A DNA stretch of 64,000 nucleotides, from the NCBI GenBank assembly GCA_012295275.1, contig CM022672.1, positions 3,224,001 to 3,288,000 on the forward strand, given 5' to 3'. Below are positions 38,336-52,810 of the stretch, piece by piece; within the stretch, counting starts at the first letter, position 1; every line of letters starts with the position of its first letter. The notes beneath the pieces were generated by a model. That model was not told the DNA's origin and made no database searches. It saw nothing but the letters and a program-made list of their open reading frames with translations. This DNA is from Chrysomallon squamiferum (lineage: Eukaryota > Animalia > Mollusca). Made by a program: the position numbers and the translations under genes.

Positions 38336-39224
38336 CATAATAATAATAACGCAAATATAAACTCTTTTTTTTTTTTTTTTTTTTTTTATTTAATGTAGAA
38401 CTAAAATATCAGTAGAAATGTTTTTGTTGTAAAAAAAATAAAATAAAAAAATAAAAAAATTTAGACTTTGTAACACAAAATTAGTGAACGTTAACTTTAG
38501 TTTATTAATTAATTGAAATCGTGGAAGCTTGGCCCGCTCTAGGGATTTCTGTCACTGATCATATGACAGTGACAACCACGAAAGAACGAGCTCTGATTGG
38601 TCGACGTAATAAACAAACAGGCGTGTTTTCCCATGACTCGCGTCCAATCTCCGTGGTGTCCAGAGAAAGAATAGGTATCTGGGACATAGTATTTGAATAC
38701 TACTACTACTACTGACCTTGTCATGTGAGAATTTGTAGGTTAGGGGGCTATAATTATCTGCGGTGTAAACCCTTTAGCTGTGCTATACGGAAATTACCGA
38801 ACAGTCACGGTTTTTCACAAAATTATCAGAAGTCGGAATCTATTGGCTGGCTGCAAATTCTCGGCCCAAACAAACTCGAACGAAGCTTTACAAGCTTAAA
38901 ATAAACTCTAACTTAAAGTATGATTAAGAATGAAAAACACAACAAATGTCAAATATAGAAATATTTTGGGAGTTGGCTGTAAGAATTTCAGTCACAGTAC
39001 GAAACACACATTAAATAAAGAAATCACCTCTGTGATTGATTTTTTTTTTTTTTTCCCCACGTCAACAAAACAGTCATCAAACAAAAAGTTATCCACGTTA
39101 AGGAACATTTTCGTAATGAACGGAAATCCATCACATGACAGAGTATCAATATATAACATTTTCAGTCTAAAAACATTTCATTTGCTAGTAAGCAAGTATA
39201 CAGAAACAATCAAGTATTTACAAC

Positions 39225-41473
39225 ATGATAGTAAAGTGCTCTGTAATTATTCCTTTTGTTTATATTATACTCGGTAAGTATTTTTATTTAAAAAAATTAA
39301 GTACTGTACATTTATATATGTTTTTGTTAGTTTATTAAATTTAACTTACTTTTGGGTATATTATACATAAGCATACTTTTTATTACATCGTATCTTGATA
39401 ATATTTCTGATAATATTTGTTATTTAAGTTGTTATTTTTTTATTGTTATTATCATCATCATCATCTGCACGCTGACTTTTGTCTCTCGATAATGACTGTT
39501 AATTCTTAGGCGATTTCAGTAATGGAAACTGAACTTTACAGCAGTATAATTTATTATAATAAGTAAAGCAATGGCTACCAGTGAATTGAGCTACCAGCTA
39601 ATCAGAAAAGAAGATTCATGTAAAGATTATATTAATTATTTTCACCAAAGGAACTACGACTAACCAATGAAATGTCTTAGTTTTCCACTACTACATCAGT
39701 TTTACCTTATTGTAATTAAACACACACTCACACACACACTCACACAGTACTGATACTTGACGTATTATAAAATCTGCATATTTTTTTTAAATTCGTGTTG
39801 GACATTTCAACATAAAATGATGATTGATGGACAAGAAAACAAATGAACTGTGAAACGAAACTGACTGAAAGATTCAGCGCATTTGTTGTTCTTCACTATT
39901 GTAATCGTTTTTCACTGTTAAAATCGTTTTTCACTATTAAAATCTTTTTTCATTATTATCATCGTTTTTAACGTATGTAATATTATAAATATACGTCAGT
40001 GAACGTTATAGATAATACTGAATATAATGTAATGGCTCTATATATATTTTTTAACAGTTGTGTTGGGAATTTCGGCACAAAATGATGATCGATGGACAAG
40101 AAAAAGACTTAGTGTTAAAAAAGTGCTCGCAAAAGGGATAAAAGCGTCTTCATCAAAAGTAGCCAGAAATGAAAGATCAGCGAACCAAACAGATTTTCAG
40201 CTGTTTACAAATTCTATACAATTTCGTCTTTCTCGATTTCTGACGTCTTTTGTAAGATTTAAATTTTATTTTACTTTTCAATTTTAGTGTTATTCTGATG
40301 GTATATGTGGATGTATGTCTCTATATATGCATATGCATGTGTGTGTGTGTGTGTATGTGTGTGTTTTCATGTAAATTTATATTTGTTTGTATACATATGT
40401 ACATACATTAATACATGTATTTGTCAAATATTATTTCAGAGAGAAAGAGAAGAGCGCGCTCTGTCGGGACAGACTGGAAAATTACGAAGAGACAAAACTG
40501 CTCGCAGACCATGGCCGAAAAAAGTAAGAAGAGTTTGAAATATTTAAATAATTATCATCATAATCATCATCATTATCAAAACCATTATCATCATCATCGT
40601 TAGTTCATTCGCAGAACGATGAAAACTGTTTTAGTTGCCTAGTTCTCACACACTTGTGTCCAGCATTTACAGTCTATAACATTTGTTAGCATCAACTGAG
40701 TTTTAATGTCAAAAAGTGGGAACAGACAATACTGAATTGCATTTACCCTATACAACAATTCATATACTGAGCTGTACCTAGCATGTAGAATACTGATATA
40801 TCGAATATTGTCTAAAGACAACTGATATATCGAATATTATCTAAAGATAACTGGTATATCGAATTTTATTTAAAGTAATGTAATTGTTTTGCAGGCAAAG
40901 AAAACTGGACTCAACACGCGTGTACTTGGCGCTATGCTGTATCTGGAGTACATACGCTGGGTCATAGAAATGGAAAAGAAAAGCATAAAAGAAATGCAGA
41001 TAACTAACAAACCAAGTCCCACGTACAGAAAGGTGGAATCAGATCTCTACCAGTGGCTTCTGAAGGAGAACAGTTCGTTACAAGCGCGAGAGTACTCGAA
41101 GATGGTGTCTGCTCCTTTCCCGCCAAACCTTGACGCCAGACGTAGGTCAAATTACGGGATCGCCATTACAAACCTCGTGTTAGAAAACCTGCTTCGGTTC
41201 TTACAGTGTCTGAACAAAACCGAAGACAAGTGTACAGTGTGGAACGGTTTGAGAAAAAAGAGGAAAAATCGTAAAAACAAAATAAACAGCGAAGACGACA
41301 AGAAAGAAAAAAGACGAAGAAGAAGAAAGAAGAACTCTAAAGGAAAGCGAAAAGGTAAAAAAGAGAGGAAAGGAAATAAAGGGCATAAAAGACAAAATAA
41401 AAACAAACGACTTAAAAACAAATCGAGAACACGAAAAGAGAAGAATCCCGAAAAGAAAAGCAAACAAAAGTGA
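39225..41473 (+). CDS. Gene C: putative secreted IL-6-like helical cytokine with long Lys/Arg tail, ~301 aa; exons 39225-39273, 40058-40251, 40440-40523, 40895-41473
   Basis: CTC G|GTAAGT; ttaacag|..TTT|GTAAGA; tttcag|..AAA|GTAAGA; ttgcag|GCA..TGA. Phases 1-0-0. Signal MIVKCSVIIPFVYIILVVLGISA; helices RVLGAMLYLEYIRWVIEME and YGIAITNLVLENLLRFLQCL; ~75-aa basic tail. Exons 2-4 are intact in paralog E. Confidence 0.85.
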
Positions 41474-42625
41474 ACATTTCAGTAACATTTGCATCGAGAG
41501 CTGAAGATGTTGACTTTAATGATCATCATAATGACAGTCATAATTATAACCATAATCATTGTAAATATGATGGCGATTACAGTTTTTACACGTTGTCAAC
41601 TCTAAATTATTATTATTATTACTATTATTATTATTATTGTTATTATTATTATTATTGTTATTATTGTTATTGTTATGAAAGCTAACTTACGCATTTATAA
41701 CATTGCTATATTTTCATTTTTATTTTTTAAGCCAAGGCAGCACATGTACCTGTTTTTGGAGGGCTTTATTTTTATTTTTTTATTTTTTTTTTCGAACTGT
41801 TTAACCACATTCTACTGTTAATGTATCAAATTATGCATTTATTAATTTTATGATATAATTCTCTTTTAATAAGGTTTTTTTTTTGTTTGTTTTTTTTTTG
41901 TTTTTTTTTTTGTTCAATATCATTTGATTATTATTATAAATAGATCTGTTTTATTATTTTTACCAAGATGGATATTTTCTTTCTTTATTTTGTTCATTTT
42001 ATATAATGAACTATAATAAACATAAATTAATGTTCTTATTTCTTAAACTTCATTGTTTTAATTTATGTATCCAATATTTTTATTGTTTTAACTTATGTAT
42101 CCAATATTATTATTTCATTTTTGTTTGTCAGAACAAGACATCACATACTCTTTGATTGTTTTTGAACATTTTATTTACACCAAATGTTAGTGTATCAAAT
42201 TACACTTAATTAAATTTATGATGGTGTTGTGGTTACTTTTATTATTATTATTATTATTTTTTTTTTTTTGTGGCTTTTTTTCTTCTTCTTCTTATTTTTA
42301 AAAAAATCATTTGAGTATTAAAGTAAATTGATTAACCACTTTACAGCTTAATATTCTCTTTCTTTCTTTCTTTCTTTATTTTATATGCCTTTTTATATTA
42401 ACCAGGAATTAATATATATTTTTTTTTTTAAACTTTAGTTTTCTGCTTTATATATGTTTCATTTAAAATGCTGTTGGGTACCAGACGTTTGTGAAATAAG
42501 CAGTTACTCTTAATTTACGTTTTGTGTGAAATAAAGTGTTTTAATAAACTATACAATTAAATAACTGTGAATAAACATAATACATTTTTAAAACACTGTA
42601 TGCATGGATGTATAATACTTTTCAT
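39920..42625 (+). repeat. Arm 1 of ~2.6 kb inverted duplication (partner 53430-55960)
   Basis: Reverse-complement similarity from late intron 1 through exons 2-4 and ~1.1 kb of 3' flank; the middle of intron 3 is divergent (371 vs 202 nt). Confidence 0.9.
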
Positions 42626-42959
42626 ATTCATTGCTTAGATATAGTAACTGACTATTGACATCGCTAAAAACGCTTTAATTTAAAATATAATATTTAAATA
42701 CTATTAATCAAGGAAAATTGGAGATAAGCATTATTATAAATGACTTGCGTGTATTTTCGTAAAACGCCTTCCTTATTCACTTTACATGCATCGTTGCCCT
42801 GTGCCGTTATTATGATAAAGTTATTTAAAATACGTATGAAGACAGGACGGAGAAATGTAATATTTTACTTATTACGGTGAGTGCGCGCTACAGTACTCTA
42901 TACTCATTTTAAAGAAATCATGTTTGTGTATTAATACTACATCCGAACGGACTGTAAGG

Positions 42960-42993
42960 AAAGAAAGGACAAAAATAAGACTAAATAAATTTG

Positions 42994-43037
<44 letters not shown>

Positions 43038-43110
43038 AAAATAAATCGAGAAGTCGAAAAGAGAAGAAACCCGAAAAGAAAAGCAAACAAAAGTTGATAT
43101 TTCAGTGATA
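42960..43110 (+). pseudogene. Relic 3' end of a further C/E-like paralog
   Basis: 43035-43105 aaaaataaatcgagaagtcgaaaagagaagaaacccgaaaagaaaagcaaacaaaagttgatatttcagt matches the end of gene C (41413-41485); interrupted upstream by a poly-A run. Confidence 0.6.
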
Positions 43111-43354
43111 TAGAACTGCCCTTTCATTTGTCATTCCAAATTACCATTTTCCAAACTACGGTTCAATATAATTTAATAAAATATAATATAACATATTATA
43201 ATATAATACAATGTATTTCATATTGTTATGCATCATATTGAAATAAAGGAAGTTATTAGACATTCTAGGTAAATCCATGAAGTATTTCTATTATATCATC
43301 ACCATCATCCTCATCAAGTGCAGTTTATGCTATTTTTTGGTCTTCAGTCTTCAT

Positions 43355-43465
<111 letters not shown>

Positions 43466-44396
43466 ATGGATACATTATGCTGGGTAGTGAAGAGAAAGAT
43501 AATGGGTAGAATTGAGCACTTACACTAATGACGTCAATGACTATGTAACTCTTCTTTTTAAGCGAAGTTTTCTTTCCTTCTTTATTTTTTTTTTATTTTT
43601 TATTTTTTATTTTTTTATAAAAATTTATTTTTATTTTTAAGATTAGTTTAGAAAGAAATGTCTTAACGTTGATTGGTTTAGAAGAAATATTTTGAAAGCT
43701 GATTGGCATAGACTGGTTTATTATCTTCTATAATTTGTTTTTAAGCTGTATTTGGAAATTATAACTTGTTAAATAAAAAGGAAAAAAAAAAGTAATATAT
43801 AATCACAAACAAGTTTTCCTGATCCTGTTTTAAGTACAGCCCAGAATGAGATCAGCGGAGGGTCAGATTTTTTTTTTTTTTTTTTTTTTAAAGTCAAATA
43901 TGTAAATAATTGTAATTTAACGTTTACATCATCTCTAACGTATCTTTGGATATAAAATAATTTCGTAAAAATATTATTTCCTTTATTTTTCTATTTTATT
44001 CCTATTTTTTGTCATACACACACACACACACACACACAAAAAAAAAAAACCAACAACAAACACACATGTGAAGATGAAACTGGATGTTTCGCCGCCTTGT
44101 GATGTCACAACCAATCAAAACGAGCGGTTATCTTGCCAACAGCTTTCGGCTGTCAGTCATTCATAACTTAAGTCACGTGAATGTTGGGAAATCAGTAGGT
44201 TGTCTTTTCCACTGATTTAACCAATCGCAGGCCTCTATTCGGCAGCCGGGGATTCAGCTAGCTTGTGACCCAGTTACGTTTATTTTACTTGCAGCTGCAT
44301 AATTATACATACGCACGTGCTTTCCTTATTGTCGGTATTGTGTGTGCACGTGTGTGTGTGTGTGTGGGTGTTTATGTGTGTATGTGTGTGTGTGTG

Positions 44397-44427
<31 letters not shown>

Positions 44428-44469
44428 TATAATTTTCAAACATATGCCAAACTAGAGAGGAAGAAACAG

Positions 44470-44540
<71 letters not shown>

Positions 44541-45458
44541 ACTATTATTTATTTATTTATTTATCAATAATAATTCGTGTACTATCGAAACTCGTCTGAC
44601 AAACTGTGAATCATGATTAGGAATCCAGTTTCTTTCACTTCCTTTCTTCAGGAACACTTTGTCTATTACCAAAATAGTACAAAATAAAATGTTACAAAAT
44701 CAAATGTTCCAGACATATTGTATGAAACAGTATAAAGCCATAGTAAGAATTAAAATTAGCTGGAAATTCCATTTCAAAAATATTTACGGACTTCATTTTT
44801 TTTATATATATATATTAACGTTTATTTCTTCACGGACAAAATCCAAAGATTATAAATAACAAATTAGCATTATGATCCATCGTTTCATAAATATTTCAAA
44901 GTTTTTACCCACGCGCGAAACCCCGCAGACGCATTCGTGTACGTAATTGGTTAACAGCTGAATCATGTGACATTGATAAGGGGCATATACTGAGCAAAAC
45001 AGACCAATCAGCGAGCACGTTGATTCACTGATTGACGGTCATCCTTCAGAAAGTCCTATGAATATATTTTTTGCTACATTTCAGTGATTCGAAAATACTT
45101 ATGAAGTCGGTTGACCAAACTAAGTTACAGTATGTAACAATAACAAAAAAAAAAATAAATAAAAAAAACCCCAAAATAAAGAAATAATAGCAGTTTGTAA
45201 ATTTTTATTTTTTAATTCTGATGGATGACGATGGTACAAAATAAAATATAAAAAATACCATGGAAATGCATATAATTAATCATATCAAAAAAATAAATAA
45301 ATAAAATAAAATAAAATATAATAATAATAATAATAATATAATAATAATAATAATAATTAATAAATAAATAAATAAATAAATAAATAATAAATAAATAAAT
45401 AAATAAATAATAAATAAATAAATAAATAAAATAATGGTAGATAGATAGACAGACAGAC

Positions 45459-45500
<42 letters not shown>

Positions 45501-45556
45501 TTAAATAAATAAATAAATAAATAAAAAAATAATGGTAGATAGATAGACAGACAGAC

Positions 45557-45627
<71 letters not shown>

Positions 45628-45927
45628 AATGCCAGACAAATAAAAACGGTAAAACAATGCGTTGCAGATGGTCTGCAAAACTACTAATAAAACTATTAAA
45701 GCAGAAATGTCATAAAACACTACACCTGACAAACTGAGATTCTTCTTTAGTGTAAATATATTTCACGTTTACACTTAGGCTGTAAGTTAAGGCATAAATA
45801 AAACAACAGTGCAGTTTTGTTTTGTTTCGGTATCTACACTCATTTTCAGCGCGGCAATCTGATATAGGAGGCATAATTATAATATTAAAGAAAAATTCAG
45901 TTCTTGCCTTTCCTAATCTTCCTTCGT

Positions 45928-46493
45928 CTATTTGTCTCTTCGTTTTTTTATTAATTTCGTTTCGTACTCTTTGTCATTACCATTTTTCCTTTTCGGCTGG
46001 TTCCGTTTCTCACTCGGTCGTCTTCGGCATTTTCGGTTTTTATTTCCGCCTCCACACCGTTTACGAGCTTTCTTCATCAATCTACCCATATTCCGCTTCC
46101 TTTTTCTTCGACAGCTGCTCCATATGTCGCAGTCTGTCTTTCTCAGAGACAGGCAGTTTACAAACGTAGAGAAATTTTGCAATATTTCATGAGTGACGTA
46201 CACGACGCAGTTGGACCTTGTGCTCACGTTCAACACTGGGGGCATTAATATCGGAATTTTCTTCTTGCAAGTTCCGGAAGGTAGACGTTGCTTCTCCCAC
46301 AGCAGCCACTGTTCGACGTCGTTGCGAATGCCGCGAAAATGAGAGACGATCGTTGAACTGTTGAGTCTTTCTTTTGCATCAATGGCGTCTTTTTCCATTC
46401 GTATAGCCCACTGAAAATAGTTCATATACGTCATGGCTCCGACTATGTGCACTGGCAGTGAGTTTCGCAACTGAAAACAAATAATAAAAATAA

Positions 46494-46539
<46 letters not shown>

Positions 46540-47443
46540 TGATAATAAATAATTATTATAATAAATGCAAAAAAAAAAAAAAAAGAAGAGAAAATAACTA
46601 ATAATAACAAATACGCAAACTATAAAAATAAAAATAGTAACAGTAATAATTATATAATACTAAAAACGACGACCACAAAAATAACTATGACAATATTAGC
46701 AACAACATCGTTATTATTAGTAGTCTTAATAATAATAATAATAATAATAACGACAACAATAATAATAATAATCATAATAATAACAACAACAATCATAATA
46801 ATAATAACGAACAACAATAATAATAACAGCAACAACAACAACAACAACAGTACTAATAACAGTAACAAAAAGAAGAAGAAAAATCTCACTTTTTTCCTTT
46901 TTGATTTCCATTTCTTACAGCAACCATTTTTAAGAGATTTTTCGCAGGATGCATTCTCTATTTGTTTTCTGAATCGCCTGAACTAAAATGTATACACAGA
47001 TACAAATCAATGCATAACATGTGAATGGATTATAATATTCAAAATGAATTAGAATTAATCTGAATAAAATATCACAGAACACAAGTTGTAAGACGTTTTA
47101 TTATTGCTATGATTATTATTATTATTATTATTATCATCGTAGTCGTTATCATCATCATCATCATTATTACTCATTTATTTATTTATTTACGTATTTATTT
47201 ATTTATTTATTTATATTTCACTTACGTAATATTTTTTAGCAAACTTTGCTTTCAATTCCAAAGAGTTAAGGTAAACATCATATCTATCCTTGTTGTTTGT
47301 TGCCTTCTTGTCATCAGTTGTTGCCGTTCCGCTGAAAGACGTCGTCGTGCACGTTGTTAAGTGCAAAACCTTCTTCACGCTGACGTTTTTCGTTTTCCAT
47401 TTCTTCTGCGTCTTTCTCGAAGCCTCTGTCAGCGTAATCAAGC
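45928..47443 (-). CDS. Gene D: divergent paralog of C/E (putative helical cytokine); exons 47443-47226, 46982-46890, 46470-45928; first exon not located
   Basis: ctaacag|GC TTG..TAC|GTAAGT (218 nt); ttttag|TTC..AAA|GTGAGA (93 nt); tttcag|TTG..TAG. Homologous to C: KWKTKNVSVKKVL vs RWTRKRLSVKKVL, IVGAMTYMNYFQWAIRMEK vs VLGAMLYLEYIRWVIEMEK, shared QWLL, PP..RSN and C-x7-C-x2-W. Confidence 0.8.
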
Positions 47444-47600
47444 CTGTTAGAAACCAAATAACAATAGTAGTAGTAATAGCAGTAATAATAATAATAATAA
47501 TATCAGTAGCAGTAGTAGTAGTAGTAATGATGAGGAGGAGGAGGAGCATGATCAAACATATATTTACTCATGAGCATGCTTACGAACGAAGGTACGTACA

Positions 47601-47673
<73 letters not shown>

Positions 47674-47777
47674 TTGTCTTAATACGAAGTAACTGTTAAA
47701 TCATAAAACAATAAAATATATTAATGTTATTCATTTTCAGATGATTAGAATTTTAATAAATTTTATGTTACCGTGTC

Positions 47778-47816
<39 letters not shown>

Positions 47817-49113
47817 GTTAGTTAGTTAGTTAGTTAGTTATCCTTTTTTAAATAAAAAAAAATTAATGTTAAACGTCAGATTATTAAATTAATAAATTTA
47901 ATAAATATCCTTTCTAAAATTTTTAGTTTTCAAGTTCTGTACCAACCTACGCTGACAAATAAGGCGAGCCAAAGATGTAAACGTTTCATCGCAATGTTTT
48001 CAAAACTTTAAAATGTGTTGGCAACATTTGGTCAGCACTAGTATTTATACGGTACACCTGTAACATATTATCATGGTTTCACCCCGATCAACATCCTTAT
48101 TTAATTTTCCATTTTTTATTTTAATTTTAATTTTAATTTTTAAATTTTTATTTTTATTTTTATTTTTATTTTTATTTTTATTGTTTATTTCTGAGAGGTG
48201 GGGACAATTCCGTTAGTTTGCAGTAAAAATTCCTGGCAACGTTTATGTCAGCCAGTAGTTGAAGATTTCTCTGTGGTCATCCACGCATATATTTAACGAT
48301 TTTGAATGGGACAGGAATTTTAGCCACGGCCCATATTTCTAAAAATTAGCATATCAGCAACGGTTATACTTTTGCATTACGATCAATTCAGAAATTCTAT
48401 AAAACAAAATTAGAATCAACCTATAAACAGATATTTAATATCCATTTACGAGGCCAGGTTTATTCCTGTCAAAGAATTAATCATCAAACTGGTTTGAAAT
48501 ACTGACATGATTCACCTTTGATAAGTGACAAAACCTTTTCACGAAATTTTTTTTTTTTTTTTTTTTTATTACAATAGTTGCAACACGCTGATTTAATCTG
48601 CTATTGACCGAATCGCTTTACTGTGGCCAAGTCGTCCTGTTTCGGTTTCTAAGTGTCATTTAAATCTGAATAATTCAATAGTCCTTAATCGACCAGAACT
48701 TCACAGGCGAACGGTTGATTAGCCGAAATAGGAAATTCGTTCTGTTTAGTTTACTGTTGTTCCGCTTCCTCAATGTGTAAGTTACACGGTCTTAATTCCC
48801 CATATTGTTACAAATACCTCACACTTTTTCCACCACTAATACTACTGTCACTCAAGCTGACTCCACTAACTGTTGTTACCGCCACTGTTACTCCTACTGC
48901 TACTACTACAACTGCTAGCACTATCACAAACACCATTGCTAGTACTATTTGTGGTATTACTGTTGCTACTACTAGTACTAATGTTATAAAAAAAATAAAA
49001 ATAAAACTGCTATCACAGTTGTTATTCACATTCACTTACAAACATATATACAAATATAACAGACATGTTTTGTATATAGAGGTATTATCAAGAAAAAAAT
49101 GAATGAAAGAGGG

Positions 49114-49223
<110 letters not shown>

Positions 49224-49251
49224 TCAAAGAAAATGCCATCACCAGAAGACA

Positions 49252-49562
49252 GAGGTGAAAGAAAATTAAGGTAAATTAAATTTTCTTATTTTGTTATGAT
49301 TAAAAATAAACGCATGAGAGATTGGTGATATGTCACTGTGAAACCTCATGTATTCCGTCTTAAATTTCACTTCTGAGACGTGAAACAAAAAAGGCAAGTA
49401 ATAGCTTCACTTGAATGAGAGACAGAGTTCCGCAACTGTTTCAAATTAATTTACATATTGACAGTGTGTGGGTCGAAGGTCATACCGGACAAAAACGTAA
49501 TCGCTGTATTTAATGGGAGATATCTATATTAACATATTTGGAATAATCTCAGCGTGGATGAA
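49252..49562 (+). repeat. ~310-bp element, inverted partner at 60248-60620
   Basis: gagacagagttccgcaactgtttcaaattaatttacatattgacagtgtgtgggtcgaaggtcataccgga occurs as reverse complement near 60320-60390. Confidence 0.9.
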
Positions 49563-51450
49563 AAATCGTTTATTTCGTTAACAGTTAAATTAATTAATTA
49601 TAGTAGTATTAATAGTAGCAACAGCAGTGGTAGTTATCGTTTACACACACGCACACACATACGTACATACTAAATACATACTATACTTTTTCTACTATTA
49701 CTACTACTACTACTGAAACCGCTACTACTACTCTTACAATTTTCTTATTAATTTTACGACTTCATATCTGCTAGTAGTAAAAGTGCTACAGATTCCAAGC
49801 TCGACTGTTTTTACCTTTTTTACTGCAGTTCCCATTGGAACATAACTGTACGTAATAAACGGATACAATAAACAAAACAAAACAAAGAACAAATGAAGAA
49901 AAGAAAAAAACAAAATGACGAAAAACAAATAAAAGAAGGGACAAAACAAGAGTGCTGTAAAGAAATTTTTTTTAAAAAGAAGAAGAAAGCAACAGAGGAA
50001 TAAAAATGCCAAAAATAATAAATAAAATTAAAACAAAAGAAAGAACAAATGTAGTAGGAGTAATAGTAGTAGTAGTAATAGCATTTGTAGCGGCGGTGAT
50101 GTTGTGGTGATGTTGGGAAAGTTAATGGTTGTGGATGTAGAGGTTGTGTACTAAGCAGTATAATTTTTATTTTTCTTTGTTTTAATATTTTTTAATTATA
50201 ATTTTTTAATGTTTTATTTATTTATTATATTATATTATATTATATGTTTGTTTGTTTATTTGTTCATTATATTATATTATATTAATTGTTTGTGTGTTCG
50301 TTTGTTTGTTTATTTATTTATTTATTTATTTATTCATTTATTTATTTATTATTTTTTAATTAAATTATGCCAGACCATATTTTTCAGTACGTCTCACAAT
50401 ATTTATTTTGTTTTTATTGTTCAAAGACTCAGTAAATAAATCTTAATATATCTCACAGTTTGTTTGACGTGTAATCACTGTCCTTATTTAAGAAAACGCT
50501 GCGTCAGTATTCCAATAACACAACAAAACATGTACTCAGAGGATATAATTAGACTGTTTGTCCGATATCTATCACCAAATTTGCTGATGTTGAACTTATA
50601 TACTATTCAGACAATCAAACGTTCTAGAAATATTTTACGAATGGGTGAACATTAAGACTACGCCACAGTAAATTACACTGATACAAGTGTCATGGGGCCC
50701 ACACCATAAAACATCTTGGATGTTTTATTAAGGTTCAGTCTAGGGTAAAAAAAAGAGCTTTACCTAACAAAGAATATAAACGCTAAATAGACAGCAGTCT
50801 CTATACATCAGTAATTCTATCTATCCGCTAGGGAAATAAACACAACACAAGTTAAGGGACAAGTTAATTATTTAATGTATAATATAAAGGTGACTTGATA
50901 ATAATACATTATATAAACGATAAAACACTATTTAAATAATTTTGATTAATTATACGAGAAAAGGTCACACGGGTAACCAAGACAAAATAAGAATCCGAAC
51001 GGAGGACAGATTAAAAAATTAAAACTGTATGTATATTAAACGTTAATGACACAGGTTAATTTCACATTACACCCATTCAAAATAAGAACAGACAGTTGCT
51101 TACCATACTCGTCTGTAAAGAGAATGTCATTCAAAAACACTGGTTCTACGCCTGCCTGGGCTCTAGTGTTGGCCTTGTCCTTCTCTCCTTAATTACCAAG
51201 TACCAGCTCTTTTAAAAGAACGCCATGGAGTTGGAAAATTGGCGGCAAGAATAAAAGCGCGGACGTAATAGAAATATAATTTTGTTACGCAATTTGAATT
51301 CGATGACATAATAATAAACAGGCGGACGTCGCAGAAAGATTTAAATTTGTGACGCAGTTTGAATTCCGTGACATGCCCCTTCACAAATTTAGTAAAATTA
51401 TCATGTCTAAGGTATGGAACTTTTCTGGAATCACATAATATAAAAACCAC

Positions 51451-51503
<53 letters not shown>

Positions 51504-51619
51504 GAACAATTGTATGTAATACATATGAAATTTTTTGTCAGACAATACATAAAAGAGTAACATTATCAATGTCTTAGCTTCAGTAAGATAGTATTTATTA
51601 TTTTTCATGGTTCATTAAT

Positions 51620-52660
51620 GTTCCATGATATAGCACGAAACTGGTACAATCAATCAGATGTTACAATAGCTAAAATCTGTATTAGCTCCGTCAGTCAAAG
51701 GAATCTGGAGATATTCCTTTTTAACAAATTCAGCTTGGTGATGTGTTTGACATTTCTGATGCTGTCGATGCAGTCGTCTAGTCTTGGCAAATGGTAGGAA
51801 TCTACTTTAAATCAGCAGAATAATTTTTGCTCAAATCGGCACATAATCATTGGCTTACATCTGGCTTTGGAACCAAGATACGTGGACCTGACCACTCACT
51901 TCGTGACGGTTCAGTGATGCTATGCTCAAGCACGTACTCAATCTCTGACTTCATTATGGCCCTTTTATGTGGATTCACCCTCTCGGCATGTTGTTTTATT
52001 TCCAGATCTTGGGTGATGACGTCAGTCATACTCGGTGCGCTAGGGAACAAAATTCAGGGAATTCAATAATCATTTTTTTTCATTACCTTCTGTCTCTTAC
52101 TTGAGAGGTGATGTAATTTCTGGTCCAAGTTAGAAAGAATTTCACTGTTAGCAGCCGAATATCGGACTTTTCACCTGGTTGATGAACAGATATTATCTCT
52201 TTTTTTCTGGGATTAACAGTTTGAAACAACATGGTTATTTGTTTTGCGTAACGAACAGCGTTATTGAAAAGACTTTGTTTCAGCCGACAGATTACTCTTT
52301 ACTGACATCCCTGATGTAGTATTATAGTTATGCTGTCCGCCCAAACCAAACTTCGTAACTGATGTAGTCCTACCAGAAAACCTTTCCTGATTACCATCAA
52401 TATTCTTAGCAAAACCTAAACTCCCAACTTTGTGACTTGTGGCCGAGAACGTATTATCAGCAGCTACAGCAGCAGCTTGTAAACTTTGTATACCCTGAAT
52501 TGACAAATATAATCGAACATTAAGCGGTAAACAATTTTTGACTTCTTCCAAAATGATTAATTCACGTAATTTTGAATAATCATTCTCAGGGTCGTTTGAT
52601 CTAGTCCATTTATCAAAAGCTTTGTGTTTTCTGGACACAAACTCACAGTGCGTTTCTCAC
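51620..52660 (-). mobile_element. Decayed Ty3/Gypsy LTR retrotransposon fragment (SCAN-like gag plus RT N-terminus)
   Basis: Gag-like FDKW..YSKLRELIILEEVKNCLP..LQAAAVAAD (52261-52638). RT-like IKQHAERVNPHKRAIMKSEIEYVLEHSITEPSRSEWSGPRILVPKPD, then DSYHLPRLDDCIDSI..ITKLNLLK. Contains stops, frameshifts and an internal deletion; no LTRs seen. Confidence 0.85.
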
Positions 52661-52709
52661 AGATGAATGTGTGAATGGATAACATAGTTATAGATGGACA
52701 TACAGAGTT

Positions 52710-52810
<101 letters not shown>

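Noticed and set aside
41152-41494. Hydrophobic Phe/Leu-rich ORFs (also 45822-46192 and 54539-54881)
   Set aside because: Antisense shadows of the A-rich basic-tail codons of genes C, D and E.
41474-42600. ATTTA AU-rich elements in 3' UTRs, and scattered TTC-N3-GAA STAT sites, as cytokine evidence
   Set aside because: Expected by chance in such AT-rich DNA; not informative without a background test.
47584-47674. Candidate phase-1 first exon for gene D (MNIYIYIY...)
   Set aside because: The frame runs through a (TA)n microsatellite and gives no credible signal peptide; other nearby donors are phase 0.
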